Of a DNA stretch of 64,000 nucleotides, positions 37,287 to 46,261 are shown piece after piece. The DNA comes from Chloroflexota bacterium. GTDB taxonomy: Bacteria > Chloroflexota > Dehalococcoidia > UBA2979. The translations under genes and the position numbers were made by a program. The notes below the pieces were generated by a model. It saw nothing but the letters and a program-made list of their open reading frames with translations. It searched no databases and was not told the origin of the DNA. The stretch covers positions 91,357-155,356 of the forward strand of contig JAQCIU010000002.1 of the NCBI GenBank assembly GCA_027593235.1, given 5' to 3'. Positions within the stretch are counted from its first letter, which is position 1, and each line of letters opens with the position of its first letter.

Positions 37287-38195
37287 ATGGCTGACTACGA
37301 AACGTTGATCGTCGAGAAGGAGCGCGGACGCGCCCGGATCACCCTGAACCGCCCTGAGAAGCTGAACGCGCTGTCACGCCGCCTGCAATCGGAGCTGCGC
37401 GCGGCACTGTGGGACGCAGACCAGGACACGCGCGTGCACTCGGTGATCCTCCGCGGTGCCGGTCGGTCGTTCTGTGCGGGATACGACCTCACCCCTGACC
37501 GCGTTCGCGCCGGCGAAACCGTCGACACGACCGACAAGTACGCCGAGGTATACCGCGGCGCCACAACCTTCGACGATGACTCCTGGCGGATGGAGGACGC
37601 GCAGCGGGATCGGATGACGATCTTCGACATGCACAAGCCGGTGATCGGCCAGGTGCATGGCTACTGCGTCGCGGGCGGCACGGATCTGGTGCTGCTGTGC
37701 GACATGGTGATCGCCGCGGAGGACGCCCACATCGGATTCCCGCCGGTCCGCGCGATGGGCGGCCCGCCGGCGCAGATGTGGACCTACCTGGTTGGTCCGC
37801 AGCGCGCCAAGTACATGTTGCTGACCGGCGAATTCATGTCCGGTACCGAGGCAGCGGAGGCCGGCCTGGTGCTGAAGGCCGTGCCGTTCGATGAGCTGGA
37901 AGAGACCGTCGAGGAGATCGCCGACCGTCTGGCGATGGTCCATCCGGATCTGCTGGCGGGGAACAAGCGATCGGTGAACCTGGCACTGGAGCTGATGGGC
38001 GCACGCACCATGCAGCGGCTTGCCGCGGAGATGGACGCGCGCATGCACACCTCGCCCGGCATGGACGAGTGGCGCACGCGGAACCGCGAGCAGGGGCTGA
38101 AGGAAGCGCTAGCCTGGCGCGACGGTCGCTTCAGCGACCTGGAGCAGCGCCGCGCCTGGCAGCAGGAACACTGGCCGGAGGGCCCGCGCGACTAG
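37287..38195 (+). CDS. Crotonase/enoyl-CoA hydratase family protein
   Basis: ITLNRPEKLNAL, GRSFCAGYDL, VHGYCVAGGTD; RBS GGAGG. Confidence 0.9.
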   Translation: MADYETLIVEKERGRARITLNRPEKLNALSRRLQSELRAALWDADQDTRVHSVILRGAGRSFCAGYDLTPDRVRAGETVDTTDKYAEVYRGATTFDDDSWRMEDAQRDRMTIFDMHKPVIGQVHGYCVAGGTDLVLLCDMVIAAEDAHIGFPPVRAMGGPPAQMWTYLVGPQRAKYMLLTGEFMSGTEAAEAGLVLKAVPFDELEETVEEIADRLAMVHPDLLAGNKRSVNLALELMGARTMQRLAAEMDARMHTSPGMDEWRTRNREQGLKEALAWRDGRFSDLEQRRAWQQEHWPEGPRD

Positions 38196-38227
38196 CGGCC
38201 TCGAGGGCTGCGCAGCGGAACAGACGA

Positions 38228-38270
38228 GAAACGCCCGACAGCCACCGCTGCCGGGCGTTTCGCTTGTTTT
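38228..38270 (+). terminator. Probable intrinsic terminator
   Basis: Stem GAAACGCCCG / CGGGCGTTTC followed by GCTTGTTTT, downstream of the crotonase stop. Confidence 0.6.
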
Positions 38271-38351
38271 GGCGGTTGGAGCACGGCCGGTGCTCGGGCG
38301 TACGATGGGCGAACCTCACGCGTACGTCAGGCTCCGTCTCGGGGTGCTTCG

Positions 38352-39617
38352 TTGCACGATTCCTTCGCCGCTCTGCGCGTTCGCAACTACGCGATCCTCT
38401 GGACCGGATCGCTTGCAACGTTCACGGCGTTCTTCATGTCGACGATCGTGCAGGCGATCGTCGCCTTCGACATCACCGGGAAGAACGGTTCGGTCGGGTT
38501 CGTCCTGCTCGGGCAGGGCATCTCGATGGCGCTGCTGGGTCCGCTCGGTGGCGCGGTCGCGGACCGGGCCTCGAAGCGCTTGATTTCGATCGTCGCATCG
38601 GTCGTGATCACCGGGGTGTTTCTCGTGACCGGTTTGCTGCTGGCCACCGATCAGATCGCGGTGTTCCACCTGGCTGCCGGCGCGTTCGTGATCGGGACAA
38701 TGTTTGCGTTTATGGGCCCCGCGCGACAGGCGTGGGTCGCGGAGCTGGTTGGCGAAGACCTCCGAGGCAACGCGGTCGCGCTGAACCAGGTGGCGCTGAA
38801 CGCCGCCCGCATCTGGGCGCCTGCGATCGGCGGACTGCTGGTCGCGGTGTCGTTCATCGGAGCGGCGGGCGCCTACTTCCTGATGGCTTTCCTCTACGGG
38901 CTGAGCGGGCTGTCGCTCTTGTTGCTGCCGGATTCGCGTCGTGCGCCGGGTGGGACGGGACGCTCGGTCTTCGGCGACATCGTGGATGGCTTCCAGTACG
39001 TGCAGTCGCAGCCGCGCCTGCGCTGGATGCTGATCCTCTTCTTTTCGATGATTGTGCTCGGCCTCACGCCGACGGCGGTAGTGCTGCCGGGTCTGCTGGA
39101 GAACGTGCTCGGCGAGGACGTGAACAAGTTCGGGTTGCTGCAGACGATCAGCGCCGTCGGCGGGCTGGCAGCGAGCCTCGCGGTGGCGGGAATCGCTTCG
39201 TCGCCACGCGCGCTGACGATTTACAGCGCCGGTGCGCTGCTCACCGGTGTCGCGCTTGTGTTCACGGGGTTGGCGCCGAGCCTCGCGATCTTGTTCGTGC
39301 CGATGTTCCTGACGGGCCTCGGTACCGGCGCCTTCCAGACGCTGAACAGCGCGGTGATTGTGATCGAATCGGAGCCCGCGTACTACGGCCGGGTGACCTC
39401 ACTGACGGGGCTGGCGTTCGCCGGGTTCATGCTCGCCGGGTATCCGGTTGGGTTGGCCGCCGACGCGTTCGGCGAACGAGCGACCACGGTGGTGATGGGC
39501 ATCGCCACCGTGGTCCTCGTGCTTCTGATCTCGCCGCTGATCGCGCGTTCGAAACCGATTCAATCCGCCGGCGAACGCCAGCGTGACCGCGAGGCCGCCG
39601 CCGCTGGTGGTGGTTAG
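38352..39617 (+). CDS. MFS transporter
   Basis: About 12 hydrophobic segments, GGAVADRASKR motif A, PARQA, YGRVTS. Confidence 0.9.
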   Translation: MHDSFAALRVRNYAILWTGSLATFTAFFMSTIVQAIVAFDITGKNGSVGFVLLGQGISMALLGPLGGAVADRASKRLISIVASVVITGVFLVTGLLLATDQIAVFHLAAGAFVIGTMFAFMGPARQAWVAELVGEDLRGNAVALNQVALNAARIWAPAIGGLLVAVSFIGAAGAYFLMAFLYGLSGLSLLLLPDSRRAPGGTGRSVFGDIVDGFQYVQSQPRLRWMLILFFSMIVLGLTPTAVVLPGLLENVLGEDVNKFGLLQTISAVGGLAASLAVAGIASSPRALTIYSAGALLTGVALVFTGLAPSLAILFVPMFLTGLGTGAFQTLNSAVIVIESEPAYYGRVTSLTGLAFAGFMLAGYPVGLAADAFGERATTVVMGIATVVLVLLISPLIARSKPIQSAGERQRDREAAAAGGG

Positions 39618-39650
39618 CAGCCACCGAGGCGGGAGCTTGGAGGGACGACG

Positions 39651-40190
39651 ATGCCGGGGACCGTGATCGCGGTACACCGCAGCTCCGGGCACACGATGGC
39701 GAAGCCAACGCAGCCGACGATCCGGCTGGTGGCGGGCGAGGGTGTCGAGGGCGACGCCCATCGCGGCGCGACCGTGAAGCACCGTTCGCACGTGCGGCGC
39801 GATCCGTCGCAGCCGAACCAGCGCCAGGTACACCTGATCCACGCGGAGTTGCACGAGGAGCTGCGCGCAGCGGGCTTCGCGATCACGTCGGGCGAGATGG
39901 GCGAGAACGTGACGACCAGCGGCATCGATTTGCTGGCGCTGTCGGCGGGGACGCGACTGCGCCTCGGAGGCGCCGCCGTCATCGAGGTGACCGGGCTGCG
40001 CAACCCGTGCTCCCAGCTCGACGACCTGTGCCCGGGCCTGATGGCCGCTGTCCTCGATCGCGACGACGCGGGCAACCTCGTGCGCAAGGCCGGCGTGATG
40101 GCCGTGGTGATCGAGGGCGGCGAGGTGCGTGCCGGCGACGCGATCGAGGTGGAACCGCCTCCGCAGCACCGCGCGCTTGAGGTGGTTTAG
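39651..40190 (+). CDS. MOSC domain protein
   Basis: GVEGDAH, RQVHLI, GEMGENVTT, RNPC, GVMAVVIEGGEVRAGD. Confidence 0.9.
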   Translation: MPGTVIAVHRSSGHTMAKPTQPTIRLVAGEGVEGDAHRGATVKHRSHVRRDPSQPNQRQVHLIHAELHEELRAAGFAITSGEMGENVTTSGIDLLALSAGTRLRLGGAAVIEVTGLRNPCSQLDDLCPGLMAAVLDRDDAGNLVRKAGVMAVVIEGGEVRAGDAIEVEPPPQHRALEVV

Positions 40191-40212
40191 CGGCACTGGA
40201 AGGACGATCGAG

Positions 40213-41145
40213 ATGACCGACACGGGTTTGCCGACACGGATGCTCGGACGCACCGGTCTCGAGGTGACGACGCTCGGATACGGGGCGATGTCGCTCGATA
40301 GCCGCTTCGGGCGCGAGGTGTCCGCCGAAGAGGCGCGCACGATGCTGCACGCCGTCCTCGACGCGGGGATCAACCTGATCGACACCTCGCCGGACTACGG
40401 GCCGAGCGAGGAGATGATCGGCGCTTCGATCGCCGAGCGTCGCGACGGGTACATCCTCGCGACGAAGGTGGGCTGCCCCGTCGCGGTCGAGACCCCGGCC
40501 GGGGAGCGCCCTCGGCACGTCTACACCCGCGAGAACGTGCGCGCGGCAATCGAGCAGAGCCTGCGGCGGCTGCGGACGGATCACCTCGATGTGGTGCAGT
40601 TCCACGGCAGCCCGTCGCGCGCGGAACTTGAGGAACACGGAGCGATCGAGGAGCTACGCGCGCAGCAGCAGGCGGGGAGCGTGCGGTTCCTCGGGATGTC
40701 GGGGACGATTCCCCACCTCGCGGATCACATCGCGATGGGCGTGTTCGACGAGTTCCAGATCCCGTACTCGGCGCTGCAACGCGAGCACGAAACGCTGATC
40801 GCGGATGCCGCCGGCGGCGGTGCCGGGACGGTGATCCGTGGCGGTGTCGCGCGCGGCGGACCGGCGGCGGACAAGCAGTGGGATGTGCGGCGGTTGCCCG
40901 AGGTGGAACCGGAGCGCCCGCGTGCGCTCTGGGAGTCGGCGGGCCTCGACGAGTTGCTCGACGGCATGGATCGGATGGAGTTCATGCTGCGCTTCACGCT
41001 CAGTTCCACCGACGTACACACGACGATCGTCGGCACGGCGGTTCCGGACCACCTCGCGGCAAACGTGGCGGCGGCGCGGCGCGGGCCGCTCCCCGCGGAC
41101 GTGATTGCCGAGGCGAAGCGGCGCCTGGACGCAGCCAGCAGCTAG
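40213..41145 (+). CDS. Aldo/keto reductase
   Basis: LGRTGLEVTTLGYG, IDTSPDYGPSE, ATK, SLRRLRTDHLDVVQFH. Confidence 0.92.
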   Translation: MTDTGLPTRMLGRTGLEVTTLGYGAMSLDSRFGREVSAEEARTMLHAVLDAGINLIDTSPDYGPSEEMIGASIAERRDGYILATKVGCPVAVETPAGERPRHVYTRENVRAAIEQSLRRLRTDHLDVVQFHGSPSRAELEEHGAIEELRAQQQAGSVRFLGMSGTIPHLADHIAMGVFDEFQIPYSALQREHETLIADAAGGGAGTVIRGGVARGGPAADKQWDVRRLPEVEPERPRALWESAGLDELLDGMDRMEFMLRFTLSSTDVHTTIVGTAVPDHLAANVAAARRGPLPADVIAEAKRRLDAASS

Positions 41146-41195
41146 CAGGCACGGACGCGCGCCACATAGCCGTTGAGGCGGCGATGGGAGGTTTC

Positions 41196-41648
41196 ATGTC
41201 CGAGGATCGCGAAGCCTTGTTGCAGTACTACGGGGCGAGCCGCGCGCGCCTGGTCGCGGCGATCGACGGGCTGGACGACACAGTGCTGGCGGAACCGTCG
41301 CTCGACGGCTGGTCGGTCAAGGACCACCTTGCGCACATCGCGAGCTGGGATGAACTGCGAGCGACCGAGGTCGATCGCATCTCCGCCGGATACGACTCGA
41401 CCTGGCGAACGACCGAGGATCAGAGCGTGGCATTCGGGGCGATGTCCTACGAACTGCGACGCGGATTGTCGCTGGCGCAGGTGCGGTGGGAACTGACGAC
41501 CTCGCGCGCTCGGCTGCTGGAGGCGATCGCGGCAGCGACGCCGCGCGGGCTGAACCCGGCGCTCTACGGCGAAGCGGGCCTGCGAAGCGGCCACGAGGAC
41601 GAGCACTCCACGTGGATCGAGCGCCGGCGGGGCGAACAGCACGCGTAG
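41196..41648 (+). CDS. DinB/DUF1706-like protein
   Basis: GWSVKDHLAHIASWD and C-terminal HEDEH metal motif; RBS GGAGG before ATG 41196. Confidence 0.85.
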   Translation: MSEDREALLQYYGASRARLVAAIDGLDDTVLAEPSLDGWSVKDHLAHIASWDELRATEVDRISAGYDSTWRTTEDQSVAFGAMSYELRRGLSLAQVRWELTTSRARLLEAIAAATPRGLNPALYGEAGLRSGHEDEHSTWIERRRGEQHA

Positions 41649-41705
41649 TGGGCGATCGAGGACGCCGTCCTCGGAGTATCGTGACGCACTGCGGAGGGAG
41701 CGACG

Positions 41706-42506
41706 ATGACGCGCGAGTACGAGGGTTTGAAGTTCGAGCAACAGGGCAGCGTGGCGACGATCACACTGAACCGCCCGGAACGGCTGAACGCGATCCTGTT
41801 CTCGATGATCGAGGGCATCACCGAGATCGTCGATGAGTGCGGCCGCGACGAGAGCGTGCGCGCAATCGTGATCACCGGCGAGGGCCGCGCGTTCTCCTCG
41901 GGAGACGACATCGTCGGCGGCATGGGCGATCTACCGGCGCGCTGGGAGCGCCCGGGATTGAACGCAAACCTGGGGCCGCACCACCTGATGACGAAGACGC
42001 TGATGTCGTGCCCGAAGCCGGTGATTGCCGCGCTCAATGGGCGCTGTCACGGCGCCGGCTGGGTGACCGCGCTGTCCTGCGACTTCCGCGTGGCGCGCGA
42101 CGATGTGCTGATTGGCGACATCCGTGCGGAGAAGGCGATTTTCGCCGGGCAGGCCGTGCCGCTGCTGCTTCCGCGCCTGATCGGGCAGTCGAGGGCGATG
42201 GATCTGCTGATGACCGGGCGCGTCATCGACGCGGCCGAGGCGGAGCGCTACGGCATCCTGCAGCGCGTCTGGGCCGCCGAGGACTGGGATCAGGAGCTGA
42301 ATGCGTTTGTCGGGGCACTGGCCGCTGGTCCGACCAAGACCTACGCCGCCTGGAAGCTGACCGTAAACCGGTCGGCGCTGCTGGAGTTGGACGGCTACAC
42401 CGACTACGAGCGCCGGATCGCTGCGCTGGCGCGCGCGACCGATGACGCCGAGGAAGGGCCGAAGGCATTCCGTGAGAAGCGGGAACCGGTGTTCACCGGT
42501 CGCTGA
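41706..42506 (+). CDS. Enoyl-CoA hydratase/isomerase family
   Basis: ITLNRPERLNA, GRAFSSGDD, PKPVIAALNG, AFREKREPVFTGR. Confidence 0.9.
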   Translation: MTREYEGLKFEQQGSVATITLNRPERLNAILFSMIEGITEIVDECGRDESVRAIVITGEGRAFSSGDDIVGGMGDLPARWERPGLNANLGPHHLMTKTLMSCPKPVIAALNGRCHGAGWVTALSCDFRVARDDVLIGDIRAEKAIFAGQAVPLLLPRLIGQSRAMDLLMTGRVIDAAEAERYGILQRVWAAEDWDQELNAFVGALAAGPTKTYAAWKLTVNRSALLELDGYTDYERRIAALARATDDAEEGPKAFREKREPVFTGR

Positions 42507-42536
42507 TACCGTCGTGACGACGATCAGTGGGAACGA

Positions 42537-43178
42537 ATGGACGAAGGGGTTGGCGACGTGCGCATTGGCCTGATCAGCGACACCCATTTGCCCTCGTTGA
42601 TTCACTCGCTCGACGAGCTGGGTCCGGAGGTGGGCGAGTTCCTCGCCTCGGTCGAGTTGATCCTGCACGGCGGCGACATCTCGCGACCGTCGGTCCTCGA
42701 CTGGATGGAGGCATACGCTCCGGTGCGTGCCGCCCGAGGGAACCACGACGTCTTCGATGATCCTCGGGTGGAGGATCGCCAGTACCTGGAGATCGAGGGC
42801 TGGCGGATCGGCATGGTGCACGACCTGCGGCGCGAAGATCGCGACATGGCCGAGATTCTGCGCCGAGATTTCGCCGGCCTCGAGCCGGACATCGTGATCA
42901 GCGGGGACACGCACGTCGAGCGGCTGGAGTACCGCGACGGCGTGGTGCTGATCAACTCCGGCAGCCCGAACTTGCTGCACCACAAGGAAACTCGGCTCGG
43001 GACGGTCGCGTTCCTCGAGTTGGAGCCGGGCCGGCTCCACGCGGAGATCCTGACGCTGGGACAGAGCGAAGGCATGCCGAACCCGGGTACGCCACGGCAC
43101 CTGGAGATCGTCGACCGCCAGCTGATTCGCGCGACCCACAATGGGGAAACGGTCGCGTTGCCGGAGGCGGCCGGCTAG
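42537..43178 (+). CDS. YfcE-like metallophosphoesterase
   Basis: ISDTH, HGGD, RGNHD, GDTH, INSGS. Start may be GTG 42558. Confidence 0.88.
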   Translation: MDEGVGDVRIGLISDTHLPSLIHSLDELGPEVGEFLASVELILHGGDISRPSVLDWMEAYAPVRAARGNHDVFDDPRVEDRQYLEIEGWRIGMVHDLRREDRDMAEILRRDFAGLEPDIVISGDTHVERLEYRDGVVLINSGSPNLLHHKETRLGTVAFLELEPGRLHAEILTLGQSEGMPNPGTPRHLEIVDRQLIRATHNGETVALPEAAG

Positions 43179-43203
43179 CCACTGCTCGCCGTCAGAGATG
43201 GTC

Positions 43204-43264
43204 ACAGGACTAAAGTCACATCGCGCTGGGACTTTGCGGATTGGTCGCGCGGGACCAGCGTTTC
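43204..43264 (+). promoter_or_regulatory. Phased DosR/DevR-type binding boxes
   Basis: AGGACTAAAGTCAC (43206-43219) matches the DosR consensus GGGACTWWAGTCCC; GGGAC half-sites at 43228 and 43251 repeat at 22-23 bp spacing. Confidence 0.65.
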
Positions 43265-43276
43265 TACGCTGACGCG

Positions 43277-44851
43277 ATGAACGCGGCGCCAGAGATCATT
43301 CTCGCTCGACTCGAGCCGATTCTGCTCGATATCGCGGAACTCGCACCGTTGGAGCAGGTGTCCGAACGGCTGGCTGCTGCGGCCAGTGATCTCACCTCGG
43401 CGCCCTTTGCGGCAATTGGCGTCTACGGCGCCCACGGTGCGCCCGGCGACCTGGCACGGTTCATCACCCACGGGATGGACGCGAACGCCGTGGCGCTCAT
43501 GCCACATCTGCCACGCGGCGGTGGACTGCTCGGCGAGGTCGCCAAGCGAAGTGCGCCGGTGCGGGTCGACCTGATCAGCGATCACGCGGCCGCGAGTGGG
43601 GTCCCGGCGGGGCATCCGGTGATGGGCCCGTACCTGGGTGTGCCGGTCATGCGCGGGCGCGTCGTCATCGGCGCGTTCTACGTGACGCGACCGGTCGGTG
43701 GCGCACCATTCACCGAGGAAGATGAGCATCGCCTGCAAGCGCTCGCCCCCTACGCGGCGGTGGCGATGAGCAACGCGATGGTTCACGAACTGGAGCTGCG
43801 CCGCGCGGAGTGCGCGGAAGAGATCGTTCGGGCCTCGGTGGAACTGCAGGCCATCGAGGACGAACGCGCCTGCGCGAATGCGCTCTCGCGGAGCGTCGAG
43901 CGATTGTTTCCGAGTCAGCGGCACCTGGTGCTGATCTGGCCGGAGGGCGGCGCCGACCTCGACGGACCGCTCGTCTATCCGAACGACTCTTCGCTGGCGG
44001 ATTCGATTGCCGAGGTGGCGGAGTCGCTGGGGACCGGGCAGCACTGGTTGGAAGACCTGGTGCCCGATCACCACGTGCTGGTCTGCGTTGCGGGACATGA
44101 CCGTGCGACGATCCTGTCGCTTGCCTGCGACTACGAACAGCACCCAACCGAGGTCGACCAGCTCGCACTGACGCAGCTCGCGGACATCGGCACGATCGCG
44201 CTCTCCAGCGTGCGGCGGCAGGCGGCGGCGCGGGCGGTCGAGCGGTACCGCATCCGCGACGCGATCGCACGCGACCTGCACGACGATCTCATCCAGTCGA
44301 TCTACTCGGTCGGGCTGGGTTTGCAGACGTCGCGCCACGACCCGAACGCCCTCGAAGGGGCACTGGACGGGGCCGTTGAGGCATTGGGCGAGGTGATTCG
44401 CGACTTGCGGGCCTACATCGCCCAGCTCGAGCGCGGGGTCGAAGGGCTGACCTCCACTGAACTGCTGGCGACGCGGATCGCCGGGCAACTGCGTAGCGAC
44501 GATCGGATCCGCTGGTCGGAGCGGATCGAACTCGGCCCCGCATCGCTGGGGAAGCGGCGCGAGCGTCAGCTCTATCTGATCGTTCGCGAGGCGATCTCCA
44601 ACATCCGGCGACACTCGCACGCCGAGCGTGCGTCGGTCACGCTGCTACGGCGAGGCGACGTGCTTGAACTGGAAGTCGCCGACGACGGGCAAGGCTTCGA
44701 TCGCGATCGGGTCCCGGAGCGGTCGGTTGGTCTGCGCAGTATGGAGGAACGGGTCGCCGACATCGGCGGATCGATCATCATCGAATCCGCGCCCAACCAG
44801 GGCGCGATTCTCCGAGCCACGTTCCCACTCGACACGGAGGTGTCGTCATGA
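43277..44851 (+). CDS. GAF-domain sensor histidine kinase, DosS/DevS-like
   Basis: GAF-A with FITHGMD, PRGGGLLG and SGVPAGHPVMGPYLGVPV (heme His); HisKA_3 ARDLHDDLIQ; EAISNIRRHS, DDGQGF, GLRSMEER. Confidence 0.88.
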   Translation: MNAAPEIILARLEPILLDIAELAPLEQVSERLAAAASDLTSAPFAAIGVYGAHGAPGDLARFITHGMDANAVALMPHLPRGGGLLGEVAKRSAPVRVDLISDHAAASGVPAGHPVMGPYLGVPVMRGRVVIGAFYVTRPVGGAPFTEEDEHRLQALAPYAAVAMSNAMVHELELRRAECAEEIVRASVELQAIEDERACANALSRSVERLFPSQRHLVLIWPEGGADLDGPLVYPNDSSLADSIAEVAESLGTGQHWLEDLVPDHHVLVCVAGHDRATILSLACDYEQHPTEVDQLALTQLADIGTIALSSVRRQAAARAVERYRIRDAIARDLHDDLIQSIYSVGLGLQTSRHDPNALEGALDGAVEALGEVIRDLRAYIAQLERGVEGLTSTELLATRIAGQLRSDDRIRWSERIELGPASLGKRRERQLYLIVREAISNIRRHSHAERASVTLLRRGDVLELEVADDGQGFDRDRVPERSVGLRSMEERVADIGGSIIIESAPNQGAILRATFPLDTEVSS

Positions 44852-45510
44852 GCCAACAGATTCGCATTCTCCTGGTGGACGATCACGAGATCGTGCGCCG
44901 GGGCTTGAAGGCCGTGCTGGAGGAGGAAGGCGACCTGGTCGTCGTGGGCGAAGCCGGCACCGTGGAGGACGGGGTGCGTGAGGCGTTGCGCGTCGCGCCG
45001 GACGTGATCCTGATGGACCTGCGGCTACCGGACGGCTCCGGTGTCGAGGCGTGCCGTCGGATCAGGGAACAGGTGCCGGGCAGCAAGGTCGTAATCCTCA
45101 CCTCCTACGCGGACGAGGATGCTCTCTACTCCGCGGTGATGGCGGGAGCGGCCGGCTACATCTTGAAGGACCTGGACTCGGGGAAGCTGCGGGACGCCCT
45201 TACGACCGTCGCCGCAGGTGGATCGCTCCTTGATCCGAAGATGACGACGACGGTGCTGGAACGCCTGCGCAGCGGCGCGGCACGCCACCCGGCGGACGAT
45301 CCGTTCACGTCACTGACGCCACAGGAGGACCGGATCCTCTCGTTGATTGGCGACGGCCTGACGAACCGTGAGATCGCCGCGGAGCTCTCGTTGAGCGACA
45401 AGACGATCAAGAACTACGTGTCACAGATCTATTCGAAGCTCGATGTGGAGCGGCGCTCGCAAGCAGCGCGACTGGCCACGGAGCGGCGCATGCGTCGATC
45501 GCAACTCTAG
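44848..45510 (+). CDS. DosR/DevR-like response regulator (NarL family)
   Basis: LVDDHEIVRRGL, DLRLPDGSG, LTSY, HTH GLTNREIA...DKTIKNYVS...ERRSQAA; ATGA overlap with the kinase. Confidence 0.92.
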   Translation: MSQQIRILLVDDHEIVRRGLKAVLEEEGDLVVVGEAGTVEDGVREALRVAPDVILMDLRLPDGSGVEACRRIREQVPGSKVVILTSYADEDALYSAVMAGAAGYILKDLDSGKLRDALTTVAAGGSLLDPKMTTTVLERLRSGAARHPADDPFTSLTPQEDRILSLIGDGLTNREIAAELSLSDKTIKNYVSQIYSKLDVERRSQAARLATERRMRRSQL

Positions 45511-45553
45511 GTAGTAGCCAGGCCGGGGCGATCCGGCGGGATGGGAGACAACA

Positions 45554-45676
45554 ATGGACATGCTTTCGCTGATCGCCGGAGCGGTGCTGCTGACGCTTGG
45601 CACCGCGTTCGCGATCACCATCGGGACCGTCTCCGGCCGCGATGAGCACGATCGTGAGCACCGCGCCGGCTCGTAG
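45554..45676 (+). CDS. Small single-TM protein (40 aa)
   Basis: MDMLSLIAGAVLLTLGTAFAITIGTVSGRDEHDREHRAGS*; GGGAG RBS; directly after the response regulator. Not in the ORF track. Confidence 0.55.
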   Translation: MDMLSLIAGAVLLTLGTAFAITIGTVSGRDEHDREHRAGS

Positions 45677-45839
45677 CTGCGGCCCCGGCTCTAACCGATC
45701 GAGGGTGCCCGCCCGCGTGCGGGGCGCCCGTTCGTACGCCTACCTCGAAGGAAGCCGCGCGGATGAGCGCGCGGCTAGGCGCGCCGCTTGAACCACGAGC
45801 AGCGGGGCCTGTGGTGAGGCCGCCCTCGGTGAGTGGTGG

Positions 45840-46019
45840 CTAGGGAGAGTTTGGGCGGGTGTCGGTGTCGCCGGTCACCTGGCAGGCGGGGCAGCGGAGC
45901 CCCTGGAGGATCTCGTCACGGCGCTGGAGCAGCAGATCCGAGGAGACGCGGGCACCGTGCCCGCACGCGTACGTGACGATGACTCGGGACGGTGCGGCTT
46001 TCGGTCGGTGGATGGTCAA
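45840..46019 (-). CDS. Putative small zinc-ribbon protein (59 aa)
   Basis: TTG-started ORF containing VTYACGH...LRCPAC; weak start signal. Confidence 0.4.
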   Translation of the reverse strand: MTIHRPKAAPSRVIVTYACGHGARVSSDLLLQRRDEILQGLRCPACQVTGDTDTRPNSP

Positions 46020-46261
46020 CTGCGTGACTCACGATCGCCAGACGCGGAGATGGCTCTGCCTCACTCGCTGTGCTCGTACCGGTATCGCGAGCGACACCGG
46101 GGAACCGCGCGTGTCATAACTCCTGAATAAACAGATGATCGTTCTCTCAAGGGCGTTTGTCTAGTGCCGCGCAGTCGCTTTCTGACAGAAATCGCTCGGC
46201 TGCGGCACTTCGTGGCGTGACCGTGCACGGAGGCGCGCGATGGTTGCGCGTGATGCGATGG

